From Mayamaea pseudoterrestris (taxonomy: Eukaryota), in the NCBI GenBank assembly GCA_027923505.1, contig BROI01000001.1, forward strand, positions 2,852,001 to 2,916,000: DNA of 64,000 bases, written 5' to 3'. Below the pieces are notes generated by a model. That model searched no databases and was not told where the DNA came from. It saw only the letters and a list, made by a program, of their open reading frames with translations. Of the stretch, positions 33,089-44,155 are shown in pieces (the first letter of the stretch is position 1; every line of letters begins with the position of its first letter). Position numbers and translations under genes: made by a program.

Positions 33089-35599
33089 TTACGCTATGTT
33101 CGTTGCCTTCTTCATCGAAAGGTGCTGATCAATGGCATCCATTAGCTCGGTTGCGGCCTGTCGCTTCTCATCGCTCCATTCCAGCTCTCCATCAGGCATC
33201 TGGCTTATAAGCTTTCGAATATCTTCAATGGATCTGGTAATTTTGCGGATCACTGGCTTGAGAAGGATGCTCTGCGTCCCAGCACTATCCATGTATAATT
33301 TCAGATTGGTAGAAACGTCGTTCATGTGCGACTCAATACTTTCGCGAGACTTTTCCAGTACGTTTAACACGCTGTCACAATTCATAATAGCCTTGTAGGG
33401 TATAGATCCAATTTCGGCTGCCCGACACTGTTCCACCATTTTCAGCAGCTCGCCCGCTGCTTCCGTCGACGTGTGTTCTATGAAGTCGTTGCAGGTAGAA
33501 CGCAAGGCATCTTCCAAGTCGCGCTTGCTATCCACCGACGACTCCTGTACCGAAACGCCCTCCCGCATCAATGTAAGAAGGGCGTTTTCTGTACTCATGG
33601 AAAACAAGCGCCGATTTCGATTCGCCATGAACCGCGCAACAGCCTTACCGGCCTCGCTAAAGTCAAGCTGCCGTTCAATGTAACGGAGCTCAATGTCAAA
33701 GGGTGAAAGCTGCTCGCGCAAAATCAATAAATGCTTGACCAAGAACAAATCCGAGTGCATGACATCTTTACGTTGCTTAATGTAGGCGGCTCCGTCCTTC
33801 AGGCAACGGGTACATGCCTGCACTGCCTCCAACGCAATCGACTCAAAGACTGGAGGTTCCACGACACGAAAGATCTTGGAGAGGATACGAAGGACTGATC
33901 GCATCGGCGGAAACCATGACGCATAGACTTGCTGCAAGTGCTTGTCGACGGCATCGTCGTCAGCATCGTTGCTGCTAGCATCTCCTGCTGTATCCAATGT
34001 TGCTACGCCACTGCCTTGCTTGTCCTTTACCAGTTTGTCCGGATAGTCCAAATCTGATGGCTTGGCCTTGAATCGAATCACTTCCTTGTTCAAGGTTGAA
34101 TTGGCGCAAAAGATGAGTCGCTCCTGCGCATCCTTGACGACGCTGCTCATGGCCCGCGCGGCTGCCAAGGTTGTCGGCGACGAGCTGGCCATGCTTCGTT
34201 CCTCGCGCAAAACACTGACAATTTGGCAAAGCGTATCCAAGTCCACCATGGTTACGAGTGAGCGGCGAACAGTACGATGAAAAGCACTACAGAGTGAAGC
34301 CAAGTAGTCTTGAAACTCCTTGTCATGGTAGACTGACTCATCTGGTCGCGACTTGTTAAGTGTGTTTGTAGCATCATCCTTCTTTTCCTCGCCAAAGAAA
34401 TCCAAGTACAAGGAAGTTTCCACTGTACATAGACGAATCATGAATACACTCGCCAGCCTCGTCATTCCAACAGGTCCATGCTGCTGCTGGAGCGTATCCA
34501 TGTGCGAGCGCACCGTCAATGTCAACAAGGACGAGCGATTGCTGCAATAGGTATTGCGACAAAGCAACAGCAGTTCATGATACTTTTCGCTCCGATGTAA
34601 GCGAGCCTTGACCATGGACAGTAGTCGCTGTGATCGAGAGGAAATACCATGGAATCGCGTGTAAATCAAGGAAGCCTCCAATTGATCCGCCGAAATGGGC
34701 ACCTTGGCTGTATTCAACGCCGACGCTACTTGCGTTGTAGTTGTCGCAATCCGCTCGGCAATGGCTTCCTTGATCAAATCAAGGGCGGCATCCTGAAGAA
34801 TTAATGCGCGACGAAAGTATTCCAGGCTGCCACTCTCGAGTTGCTTGTCTTGGTGTCGCTTGGTTTCAACGAGCAAGACTGCCTTTCCTCCGCTTTCGCG
34901 CTCAAAAAAGTCACAAGCGTCGTCAATATCGTCCAGCGTTTGGCCAAACTCATCGTCATCGACCTTGATCCTCGCCAATCCGCGAATCACAGTCTTGCTT
35001 TTGAACAAGACACCAACTAATACGCCAATCTTGTCAATGGCATCATAATGCTTGAGCGGCAATCCGATTTCCTCGGCGTGACGCATCAACAGTTCCTGCT
35101 CCTCCTGCAACTGATCAGCCGCTGCCGAAAGCTCGCCGGAATGCTTGAGCAATTGCGCGTGTCGATTGGAAACGTCGGAGCAAATATTTATTGTAGCTCG
35201 GAGCGCGAGCTTGAGCGAGGTTGTGTGCTTAAGTTGGTGCGAAAGTAGCGTGCACGTCGTCGTGGCTTGCTGGAGTGTTTTGTTGTTATTGCTTATATTG
35301 TCGCAGATGGTGTCTTGTAATTCAATATCAGAATGGGAAGAAGCGTGATTGTATCGATCCATTGGTGGAAGCATGGCGCGAGAAATGCTGCTACTGCTGC
35401 TCATTTCCTTCCCTTCATTCTCCTGCTTGCTGGCTGCGGCTCGCGCTGTCGGACCCGCCGTCAAGGACGCCAAGCGACTCAAACGAGCGATCTGAGCGGC
35501 TGATCTTGGAGCAAAGGTTTCGTACGATATATTACTGGAGAGGCCGCGAGAAGCAGCATGATTTGGTGAGAGCGGTAAAGGCGAGGGAAGAGAGGCCAT
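33089..35599 (-). CDS. COG3: Conserved oligomeric Golgi complex subunit 3 (Sec34)
   Basis: 'DAQERLIF', 'DLDYPDKL', 'WFPPMRSVLRILSKIFR' and 'SDLFLVKHLLILREQLSPFDIE', plus an N-terminal coiled coil. Start placed at ATG 35599; the ORF extension to 35731 overlaps the divergent neighbour. Confidence 0.9.
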   Translation of the reverse strand: MASLPSPLPLSPNHAASRGLSSNISYETFAPRSAAQIARLSRLASLTAGPTARAAASKQENEGKEMSSSSSISRAMLPPMDRYNHASSHSDIELQDTICDNISNNNKTLQQATTTCTLLSHQLKHTTSLKLALRATINICSDVSNRHAQLLKHSGELSAAADQLQEEQELLMRHAEEIGLPLKHYDAIDKIGVLVGVLFKSKTVIRGLARIKVDDDEFGQTLDDIDDACDFFERESGGKAVLLVETKRHQDKQLESGSLEYFRRALILQDAALDLIKEAIAERIATTTTQVASALNTAKVPISADQLEASLIYTRFHGISSRSQRLLSMVKARLHRSEKYHELLLLCRNTYCSNRSSLLTLTVRSHMDTLQQQHGPVGMTRLASVFMIRLCTVETSLYLDFFGEEKKDDATNTLNKSRPDESVYHDKEFQDYLASLCSAFHRTVRRSLVTMVDLDTLCQIVSVLREERSMASSSPTTLAAARAMSSVVKDAQERLIFCANSTLNKEVIRFKAKPSDLDYPDKLVKDKQGSGVATLDTAGDASSNDADDDAVDKHLQQVYASWFPPMRSVLRILSKIFRVVEPPVFESIALEAVQACTRCLKDGAAYIKQRKDVMHSDLFLVKHLLILREQLSPFDIELRYIERQLDFSEAGKAVARFMANRNRRLFSMSTENALLTLMREGVSVQESSVDSKRDLEDALRSTCNDFIEHTSTEAAGELLKMVEQCRAAEIGSIPYKAIMNCDSVLNVLEKSRESIESHMNDVSTNLKLYMDSAGTQSILLKPVIRKITRSIEDIRKLISQMPDGELEWSDEKRQAATELMDAIDQHLSMKKATNIA

Positions 35600-35701
35600 G
35601 GTGAAACGTTTGCGTGTGTCTTTTCGCCGCGCCGCGCCGCGCTGTCGCGCGCAAAACACCTGCCACGTGGCAACAATACAGCTTGCGATCAGAAAAGCTC
35701 G

Positions 35702-37088
35702 ATGACCATGAGGATCTTTGCGGTTGCTCACTCATCGATCCGACGACCTCTATGGGCAGACAAGACTCTTTTTTCTCGTCGTTTGCATCAGGGTTTAAAT
35801 GGATCTGCCGCCGTACGAATTCAGTCTTCCGACTCGAACTCGAACGCTACACAAACTCCAACGACGACATCAGCAAATCTTCTCTATGGATCGCCTCTTG
35901 ATCATGCCATCGATTTGCGCAACGTTAGACCAGGAGACCGGCTTGACATTCCGTACGAGCTCACTGTATCGGATACACTCCAAGATTTTTGGTCGGCTGC
36001 CTTTTTTGATCAGTCAAGGATTCATTCCAGCACGCCATTTTGTCGTAAAATGGGTCTTCAGGATCGAGTTCTTCCATTCTCGCTGGCCTTGTTTTTGACC
36101 AGTAGCATGTCGCACGCCGATGCCGCCAAGGTACAAGTTGGCTTTGGAAAGGTCAATTACCTGTGGCCCATCTTCTCCGGAGACACGCTTACGTAAGATC
36201 AATATACTCCCCTGTTTGCTCGATAAATTAGCGATTGCTTCTTTGCGCTCACTTCCGGTTTCCTTCATACTGCCCGACAGCAAAGCTTTTACAGTAAATC
36301 AAGTTCGGAATACATCTGATGGAAACCATTCGATCATTTCGTTTACCTGCGATTTAATTAACCAGCGCGGGCGCTTGTGCATGCGAGCCAACAAGCACAT
36401 GCTCTTTCAGTTTAGTCTTCCAGAAACCACGTCGTCAATTACTTATCAGGACGAAACGGAAGCTCCAGTCAACAAGCACGTATTTCGTGACCATCTACTG
36501 TCCAAGGCAAATACGGTTTTGGCGGAACAGCCGAGTCACTCGCTGGCTCGGTTGGAAGCCGGTCAGGTTGTTTTGCATTCACTTTCGCGGTCGCTAACCT
36601 TCACACAAACCCAGCAACTCGCGTCCTTGGCGCGTCTGACGCATGAGCGCCATTTTGACATTCGCAAATATGACGCAAAGACGGAAATATTAGTGCCTGG
36701 TGGTCTAGTCCTTGGACTATGCTTGTCGGCGTGTTCGCGCGACTTGCACGAAGTGTTACACGAAGAGATTTTGTCAAGTGCCTACATTAATGCATGTCAT
36801 CCGGACAATATGGTGGGAGCTATTAGCTTTGTGAGTGCCGTGGATGATAACTTGCCTGGCGACTTGGAAGTTGTGACGATTACTACACTCGGTGTCAAAG
36901 GAGTGAACGTGAAGCGAGATTTGGATGGAATCGGCATACCAGCAGCTTTATTTAAGCCGGGCTTGTTTACCAAAGAGATGGAGCAGATTTGCAAAGAGTC
37001 TTGCCCGACGCTGAGCAACAAAATTGTAATTCAAGTGGTGAGAAAGATACTGCGACAGACGAACCATCGCCAAGTCTTCTTGTTGTGA
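35702..37088 (+). CDS. Double hot-dog (MaoC-like) acyl-CoA hydratase/dehydratase with mitochondrial-type presequence; exons 35702-36192 and 36281-37088
   Basis: D-x4-H hydratase motif (DQSRIH), 'PIFSGDTL', and a second domain 'HERHFD...LVPGGLV'. The N-terminus is Arg/Ser-rich. An 88-nt GT-AG intron (36193-36280) joins the ORFs. Confidence 0.72.
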
Positions 37089-37163
37089 AGACAGTACAGT
37101 AATTCGTATGTGTCTTTACCGCACCGGTAGGTTACATTAATGTCACTAATTTTTCAATTACTG

Positions 37164-40085
37164 TCATGCTCGCTGGAGCTGTCGAAGCAAGTCCTTTACT
37201 TGATGACCCGCCTCATCCAAATTCGTGGCAAGTAGAATTGTAGCGTAAAAATCATTATCCATTGCAATTATGTCGAAACCCAAACTTTGGATGAGTTCGA
37301 CACCGCCATTTGCCCTGGTGATGCAATCCGCAACTTTGTTGCTCAGCTTGACACACCTATATTTAGGGTTGTAAGGAGCCTTGGCGGCATTTTTAATGTA
37401 GGCCAAAGCCGTTTTGAGAACCTCGTTTACGGATGTGCGCTCGCTACGGCTTAGCACTTGATGAAGAACTGCGGTTGGGCCAATATCTTCATCCTTTGCT
37501 AAAACAAACTCAACTCCACTTGATGAAGAGTCTGCCCCATCAGCAGCTTCGACGGGTTCCTTTTCGATCCGATGCAAGTATGGGACACTTTCTTCAGCAC
37601 CTTCGGTCACACGGTGCATCATGTCGTCGACGCATGAGATTTTGAGCATTTTAATCATCTCTTTGGTGGCCTCTGGCACACGATTAAACCATGATTGAAG
37701 CAGTGCCTCAATACCATGTTCTCCACTGCGGCAAGCTTGTAATATTTCCCCTCGTGCCGTCAAATTATCCGAAACAACATTACCAGACAGAGAGTCTAGC
37801 ACAACGATTGACGGAACACCTCGAATACCATACGCTCTCGATAGCATGTCTTTGTAATGGACTACGGATGAGAATGGGATAGCCAGCCATGGCATTGAAG
37901 CGAAATAAGTAAAGAAGCTTGCTTGATCGCGATCCGAACTGACGAAAACAACCTCCAACCCATGGGTGGAAAATACTTCTTTTAAATGCGAATACATTCC
38001 GGCCAGCATCGGTGTAAACGATCGGCAGGCTGTTATCAAAAGTAAGTACGGCATGAGTTTGGTGATTTACGTTCAACAAGACAACAACGCCAAGTCACAC
38101 AACTCACGTCCACACCAGTGTGCACTAAAGTAAAGTGCGACTAGACGAGAACCCGATAAGGCAGAAGCTGTATCTACTGCAGTTGGTCCTTGTAATTCGG
38201 GCTTCTTTATTAACTGTGATCCAAGCAGTTGGATGTAGAATTCATGATTGATCGGCACCTCAAACGAACCCGACGAGCGTTTCGAAGATAAATCTGGTCG
38301 CGCAGCATCTTTGGGAACCAATGGAGGAGGGAGACGCAAACAAGTCGTCCAAGATTCATTGCGAGATGATGAAACTTTGGTCATGGGAAATGCCGACGCT
38401 CCAAGCAAATAAATGCTCGTGTTATTTTTCGTCGTAAAGCCCGCGCAAGCCGAGGAAGCGTGCTGGTTCTTCATAAAGTGCTCAAAAGCCTTTATCTTTT
38501 CATCCAACGTCGCGCCAAGCTGCAATGAAAGTGGCATGAACGATTCTGGAAGTCGACCCACTACACACGCTGGCCGTACATTATCGAACCGAGCAAGCTT
38601 ACACTCCCTTTGCTCAAAAGAGGTCGATTGCAGCGTCAGTCCCCGAGGAGCTTCGGCAAAGGAAGCGCATACAGTCCAACTGCACGGTACGGTGCTAACT
38701 ACGCCAATGAAAAGAACGCCGTTCGCCACATACTCGGTGCGAAAGCCAGCAAGTCGTTGCACGTTTCTTTGCAAAGGGTCTTCCGAACTGGAAGGTGTGT
38801 CAGGTATTCGACCTTGTACTACTACAATACGATTCTTTGGCATGGAGTCAACAAAATCAGCAAAGCGTTGCAACGACTGAAAGGACCTTGATTGCAAAAT
38901 GCATCCGAGGTAAGTTTCGTCAATGACTACCACCGACAGTGTGTTTGGGTTTCCTACTGCACAAGCGACACCAGAAACAACAATTCCATGATGCGGTGTC
39001 TTCGGATGCGGATTAACTTGTATTTTGACGGTTCCAGTTACGGGTGGATAAAACGTCTCGATGCCGAATCGTTCCGCATGGTGTTGCTCCGCTTTTGCTG
39101 CAGCAGCAGCATCGTCGTCGCCATCTTGCTTCGCCCCTGCCTCTCGGCGTAGCACCTTCCAAACCAATGAGCCACTCAAGCGGCCTTGGTCATATTCCTT
39201 CTCCCATACTGACGATGATTTCAGCTCATCCATCATTTGCGCTTCCTTCAGCAGGCGCTGATCCAGGTCGTTCCGAACCTTTGGTTTGAAGCCACGCTGA
39301 AGTATTGCGCTGCATGCCTTTATAATCACCTTGCACTCTGCTTCGGTCGAAATAATGCTCCTCCGTCGTGCTTGAAAATCAGCTTGGTGAAAGTTGCGAG
39401 TATATCGCGGCGTCACATCCAATACATGGTCCTTGGTGGCAGCAACAATCATGTTCAATTGCTTGTTCCACCCAGCTTCGTACATGCTCGGCTCGTCAAC
39501 GACGCCTTCGCAGGCATCCACCATGAGCCACGAACCATCCAAGTATACTTCGTTCCAAACGTGGTCGGTCCAGTCGCAAACGTATCGCGTATCGAGTCCG
39601 CATGCTCGCAAGTACAAACCGAAGAGGTTGGCATATTCTCCACATCGGCCCTTGCGCGTCTCTAGTAGCTTGCGAGGCGAATTGTAGCGAGGAAATGTAG
39701 TAAGAGCGTTGCATTCATTGCAAATATATACTTCAACGCGCGAAGCTGATCCCTCGCGCTCCTCCATAGTCTCTGGTCCGCGCGTCGTTTGGTGTTTGGT
39801 CGATTGGGTTTCGCAGGCTTCGCAAGCTGGTTCATTCACCCACGTCATGACGTCCCGCTTAAAGAAGCGGGCAAGCCTCTGTAGAAATCTATAGTTTTGA
39901 CTATGTATCATGTCACTCGTCTCGGAATATATACCATTGTCGTCTGCTAGCTGTGCAAAGGGAATGAGACAGCGACACTCGAGAAGCAGTAGGGGATCGT
40001 CATCCCAAGCTTGCGCCGTTTGAATAGCAGATTGAACGCGGTTTCGGAATTGCTTGGTTTTCTCGCTAGCATCTGATAAAGACAT
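37164..40085 (-). CDS. PNG1: Peptide:N-glycanase (PNGase) fused to a nucleoredoxin-type thioredoxin and a C-terminal PUB domain; exons 40085-38108 and 38029-37164
   Basis: CEAC/CNEC Zn ligands, FPRYN, TRKGRCGEYAN, DHVW and YEAGW form the PNGase core. Splicing intron 38107-38030 gives LYFSAHWCGPCRSFTP, followed by EVVFVSSD. 'YIKNAAKAPYNPKYRCVKLSN...LGF' is a PUB domain. Confidence 0.9.
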
Positions 40086-40376
40086 TTTCCGGTGTGATTT
40101 ATTACACAGGTTGAATAAAGCTCCACAGCCATTGAAGTCGGTGATTCATTTCATTCGTCATGGCCATGGTGCGATTGTCCGCGACCGCACCAGATTGAAG
40201 ACTGCACGTCGCACTGTGAATGATGCATGTCGCAGCAGCAATGGGTACCTTCACGCGACCACCATGGGAACGGCATTTTTTTGTAAACCGGTCGTTGCCT
40301 TGCGTCCCATCGACGCTCACAATGGTTCGAAATATTTACAACATGCCCCTTCATCAGTCAAGGGTTGGTGATCAGG

Positions 40377-43283
40377 ATGAAGATCGTATCAACTTGCCTC
40401 CTCGCTGCTTGGTTTGGCCGTCAAATTCGTGCTGCACCGGCTGACAGTCGCAATGAGTTGCTTTATCAATTCACTCCCGAGAGTTGCGCCAAAGGCAGTT
40501 TCGCAGCCTTTCATCCATCCAGTATGTTTGAATTAAATCGAAACTTCAACCTGACCGCGTGTACGCCGACCTTGGGGATCATGTCGAATTTCGCGCCCGC
40601 GGATGCAAATTCAATTGCAGATGAAATGCTCATTTCGAATTGGACGGTGGATGAAATTTTACCAGCAATGGCATCCATACGCGGCGCTTTGAGCTTTGAA
40701 ATATGGATCAAGCCTGGAGATACAGTCATGAGTGACGATGAGCTCCGCCCTATCATGAGTATTGCTCAGCAAGGGACCGATGAAGTTCCGCTTGATTTAT
40801 CAGTCTGCTCAAAGTACCACCTGGACTTTTTACTTGGTATGCGGAGCAACTATTTGGAAGTGTACTATCGCGCGACGAGCGCCGTACTTGAACCTTGTCG
40901 GCTAATTCGTTTCGAAACGCTACTGGAACCACACCGGTTGGCTCATGTTGTAATTTCGCTCGAGAATGAAAAGCAGCAACTTTTTGTTAATGGACAAGGG
41001 CCAGTCGGAAACAGCGACATATTCGCCAGCGACTTGACTCAATGGCATTTCGACTATCGGCTCATGCTGTTAAACAATCCATCATTCTTGTCGACGCCAT
41101 GGCAAGGTACAATTTACCAGCTATCAATTTCGTCGCGAAGCGTTACAATGGTTGACGTCCAGAAAAGTTTACAGCAAGGCCTTAGATGGACGCCGCCATA
41201 TGCTCTTAACTACAGCGTCAATCTCCATGAGGATGCTGAGTCGCCTCCAGGATCGCACGCTCCGGAATGGTACGAACAGTCGCCAGCCGCCGGAGAGGCA
41301 AGGCCGATTAAATTGATGATTGGATCAATTTCACGAGATGTGCACGAGCTTCTGGCCTCGGCGGGTCTTGCACCAGCAACACCGCTGCCACCAATATATA
41401 CTTATATTACTGGGCTCCCAGACAAGGGATGCTTATATCGAACGAATGGATACAAGCTCGGCTGTGCGAATGAAACTGCACATGGCAGTCTGTTGCTCGC
41501 TGGTGCAGTCGACGACTATCTATTAGAAGTCGTCTACATTCCTCCACTCAACCTATATTCAAGTTCGCCGCACGATGCCTTCACAACAATTTACTACTGC
41601 GTTTCGGAAACCTTGTTAGCTGATGGAATTCATTGCATGTCTGCAGCGATTCGAATTATAATTCTGTCTGCCAACGACCCTCCAGTTGCGATGACGACGC
41701 ATCGAGTATCAGTTCATGAAGGATTTGAAACGCTAGACACGCCAAATATTTTGTTGAGTGGAACAGATGTGGATTTTTACGATGAAATTTCTCTGGTACA
41801 AATTACGATACCGCCCAAGCATGGGTATTTGATCTTGAGCGTTGGCAGCTTCCGCCTGGATGGGCTTGTGCATGGCGTCAAGCTATCGGATCTCAACTAC
41901 ACAGTTTCAGGCACAGATTTGGTGGCTGTCAAATATATCTATCAGCCTATTGACGCAATGCCGACGGTACGCGATGACGAGGTGACTGATTCCTTTCAAT
42001 TTCGCGTTGCTGATCGGCAAGGCGTATGGTCGGGCGACGACACCGTAATGATAAAAGTCGTGTCTGCCGTGGCAGCTTCTTCGGAGGTTGCAGTGCCCAT
42101 TGAAGAAGACTCCACCGCTTCCATGAATCTGAGGTGGCTCGCCAATGATACATCCGGATATAATCGTCGATTGAGATTTTTAATAGAGTCACTTCCTCCG
42201 ACCGAGACGGGAACGTTGTTTGATAGTTTGACAGGCCGAATTATTTTGCAGGGTACATTGGCTGGGCAGGTACTTGAATATCCGTACCAGGACGGCGCCT
42301 ACTTTACATTTGTTCCTGCTTTGAACTACTGCAATTCTCAAGCGATGAATGCTTCATTATCCACCACTTTTCGAGCGGTCGCCTTCAATGATGCACAGCG
42401 CGTGGTCAGTGCATCGGCAAGGCATGAACAACACTTGCTTGTAAAGTGTCATATCGACGCGCTAGTCGCTAAGATCCCAACAAAAGATGTTTCGGCACGA
42501 GTGATTCGACTGCCCAAATCCGTCGACACCCTTTGCTATGGCCATGTGTATAATTCAGACGTTGCAAGCATATCGATGTGTGACGACAAAGCAATCTTCT
42601 TTAATGGCATCGAGATTGAAAGCCGGGACGACGATTCTCAAGTAGTGTGTGTGTCCATCACGACTCGCATCGGATTTGTATCATTCAATTCACACGCTTG
42701 GGATTTGACACTGCCTATACACGGTCGACGCTCTCTCACACGCAACACTACATTTTACGCAATGGCCGGCGATCTGTCGATTATTTTTGCAAACCTTCAA
42801 TACCAGGCATTCGACTCTGGCATCGATAAAATTGACATCATGCTGCAATACGGTTCTTGTCGTGACGCCACGCGTCTTTCTGTGGCTCCCCAGCCATTGG
42901 AAAATTCCAATTGTCAGATTATTCGTCGGCAAATCACTGTCCATGCTGCAGCGAGCAGCGAGGCTCGCTGGCCTAATGAGCAAATTGCTGTGAACTTCCC
43001 CTGGCAAATGCTTCTTTGTTGGTTTGGATACCCGGCACTATACTACGTATATGTCCGTCTCAGCGGGCATTGGATTGTTGGAAAAAGTGGGGATTGCGAT
43101 GGAGATGATGTAACCTTAACTGAAGGCGAGGCGCCACCAATGTGGATCCAGTACATGAGCGAAGAAGGTGACTATTACTACGAAAATACAGACACCCATG
43201 CCGTCACATGGCTAGCTCCTGTTGGCGAACGTTTCATTCCCTGGTCGACTTTACGGAAGTCTGAAACGGACGACATGGCATAA
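40377..43283 (+). CDS. Type I membrane protein: signal peptide, LamG/ConA-like domain, cadherin/Ig-like repeats, TM helix, cytosolic WW domain
   Basis: MKIVSTCLLAAW signal; 'SFEIWIKP...AHVVISL...LFVNG...WQGTIYQL' (LamG-like); 'NDPPVA...LSGTDVD...PPKHG...DSFQFRVAD' (cadherin-like); 'WIQYMSEEGDYYYENTDTHAVTWLAP' (WW). Confidence 0.75.
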   Translation: MKIVSTCLLAAWFGRQIRAAPADSRNELLYQFTPESCAKGSFAAFHPSSMFELNRNFNLTACTPTLGIMSNFAPADANSIADEMLISNWTVDEILPAMASIRGALSFEIWIKPGDTVMSDDELRPIMSIAQQGTDEVPLDLSVCSKYHLDFLLGMRSNYLEVYYRATSAVLEPCRLIRFETLLEPHRLAHVVISLENEKQQLFVNGQGPVGNSDIFASDLTQWHFDYRLMLLNNPSFLSTPWQGTIYQLSISSRSVTMVDVQKSLQQGLRWTPPYALNYSVNLHEDAESPPGSHAPEWYEQSPAAGEARPIKLMIGSISRDVHELLASAGLAPATPLPPIYTYITGLPDKGCLYRTNGYKLGCANETAHGSLLLAGAVDDYLLEVVYIPPLNLYSSSPHDAFTTIYYCVSETLLADGIHCMSAAIRIIILSANDPPVAMTTHRVSVHEGFETLDTPNILLSGTDVDFYDEISLVQITIPPKHGYLILSVGSFRLDGLVHGVKLSDLNYTVSGTDLVAVKYIYQPIDAMPTVRDDEVTDSFQFRVADRQGVWSGDDTVMIKVVSAVAASSEVAVPIEEDSTASMNLRWLANDTSGYNRRLRFLIESLPPTETGTLFDSLTGRIILQGTLAGQVLEYPYQDGAYFTFVPALNYCNSQAMNASLSTTFRAVAFNDAQRVVSASARHEQHLLVKCHIDALVAKIPTKDVSARVIRLPKSVDTLCYGHVYNSDVASISMCDDKAIFFNGIEIESRDDDSQVVCVSITTRIGFVSFNSHAWDLTLPIHGRRSLTRNTTFYAMAGDLSIIFANLQYQAFDSGIDKIDIMLQYGSCRDATRLSVAPQPLENSNCQIIRRQITVHAAASSEARWPNEQIAVNFPWQMLLCWFGYPALYYVYVRLSGHWIVGKSGDCDGDDVTLTEGEAPPMWIQYMSEEGDYYYENTDTHAVTWLAPVGERFIPWSTLRKSETDDMA

Positions 43284-43320
43284 GATTTAATGTGCGTAGC
43301 AGGTAGCGGTGAGATTAATT

Positions 43321-43871
43321 CTAATTCTCCGGCTTGACTTTACAATAAAAGCTATCATAGAGTCCCGTTGGTTCCTCTTCAACCACCTTCACGACACTGA
43401 CAACCTGACTCATCCCAATCTTCTTGTCCGCCTTTTTACACCATCTTAAAAAACCGTCTACGAATTGCCGCTTTCCCTCGACGTAGATTTCAGCCTTGTC
43501 TGTCTCGTCCGGATTGGTCATCATTCCATTCAGTTTTCTAAATTTGCTTGCCTTGATTTCAGTATTAGAGTCGACTGTTAGAAATGTATCTGTAAACCAA
43601 TAAGTCGCCGCCTCACACTCCAATCATCGCCCTGTCACACGAACAAACGCACCTCATTGACCACGCAGCAACGGTAGTAGCCTCCTTGCACATCACCTTC
43701 CACGTAAACTCGTACAGCTATGATTTCGTCCTTTTCTTTGCTTGTGGTAGCTTCTGCTTCTAGGTGCATACGACATTGCCTGTTGCGGGAAACGACTAAT
43801 GGAACGAATGCGTGTGACACTGCCAGCAAGAGGCTAACTACCGCTAGTATGGCTGGTTGTTTGCAATACAT
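43321..43871 (-). CDS. Acylphosphatase-like protein, plastid-targeted; exons 43871-43653 and 43551-43321
   Basis: Signal peptide + 'SHAFVP'; 'VEGDVQGGYYR' loop with the conserved Arg; 'GMMTN' Asn; 'EIYVEG'. Intron 43652-43552 (GAG|GTGCGT...AAG) keeps the frame. Confidence 0.8.
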
Positions 43872-44155
43872 CAATTTATGTACTAGCACGTCGATGAAAG
43901 TGAGCGCTGATTCAGTGTTTGCAGGCTTCCGAAAGCAGCAAGAGCAAGGCAGAGATAAATGAAAGTGAGATGATAACACTTGGATCTATTGTGAAGGTCG
44001 ATTGGCCATCATGGTCGTGTCGCACCAAAACGTCATCGTCGAGTGCTTTAGCTATCTTCATTCACAGGCGCAGGTCTACGGTAGTAAAGCAATTGCAAAT
44101 TTCTCGTAGGTATTAAGCGTAAATATAATATGTAAGGCATTATTGTAGATAGAAA

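Noticed and set aside
35600..35731. N-terminal extension of the COG3 ORF
   Set aside because: It has a non-ATG start and overlaps the start of the divergent hydratase gene; ATG 35599 is more plausible.
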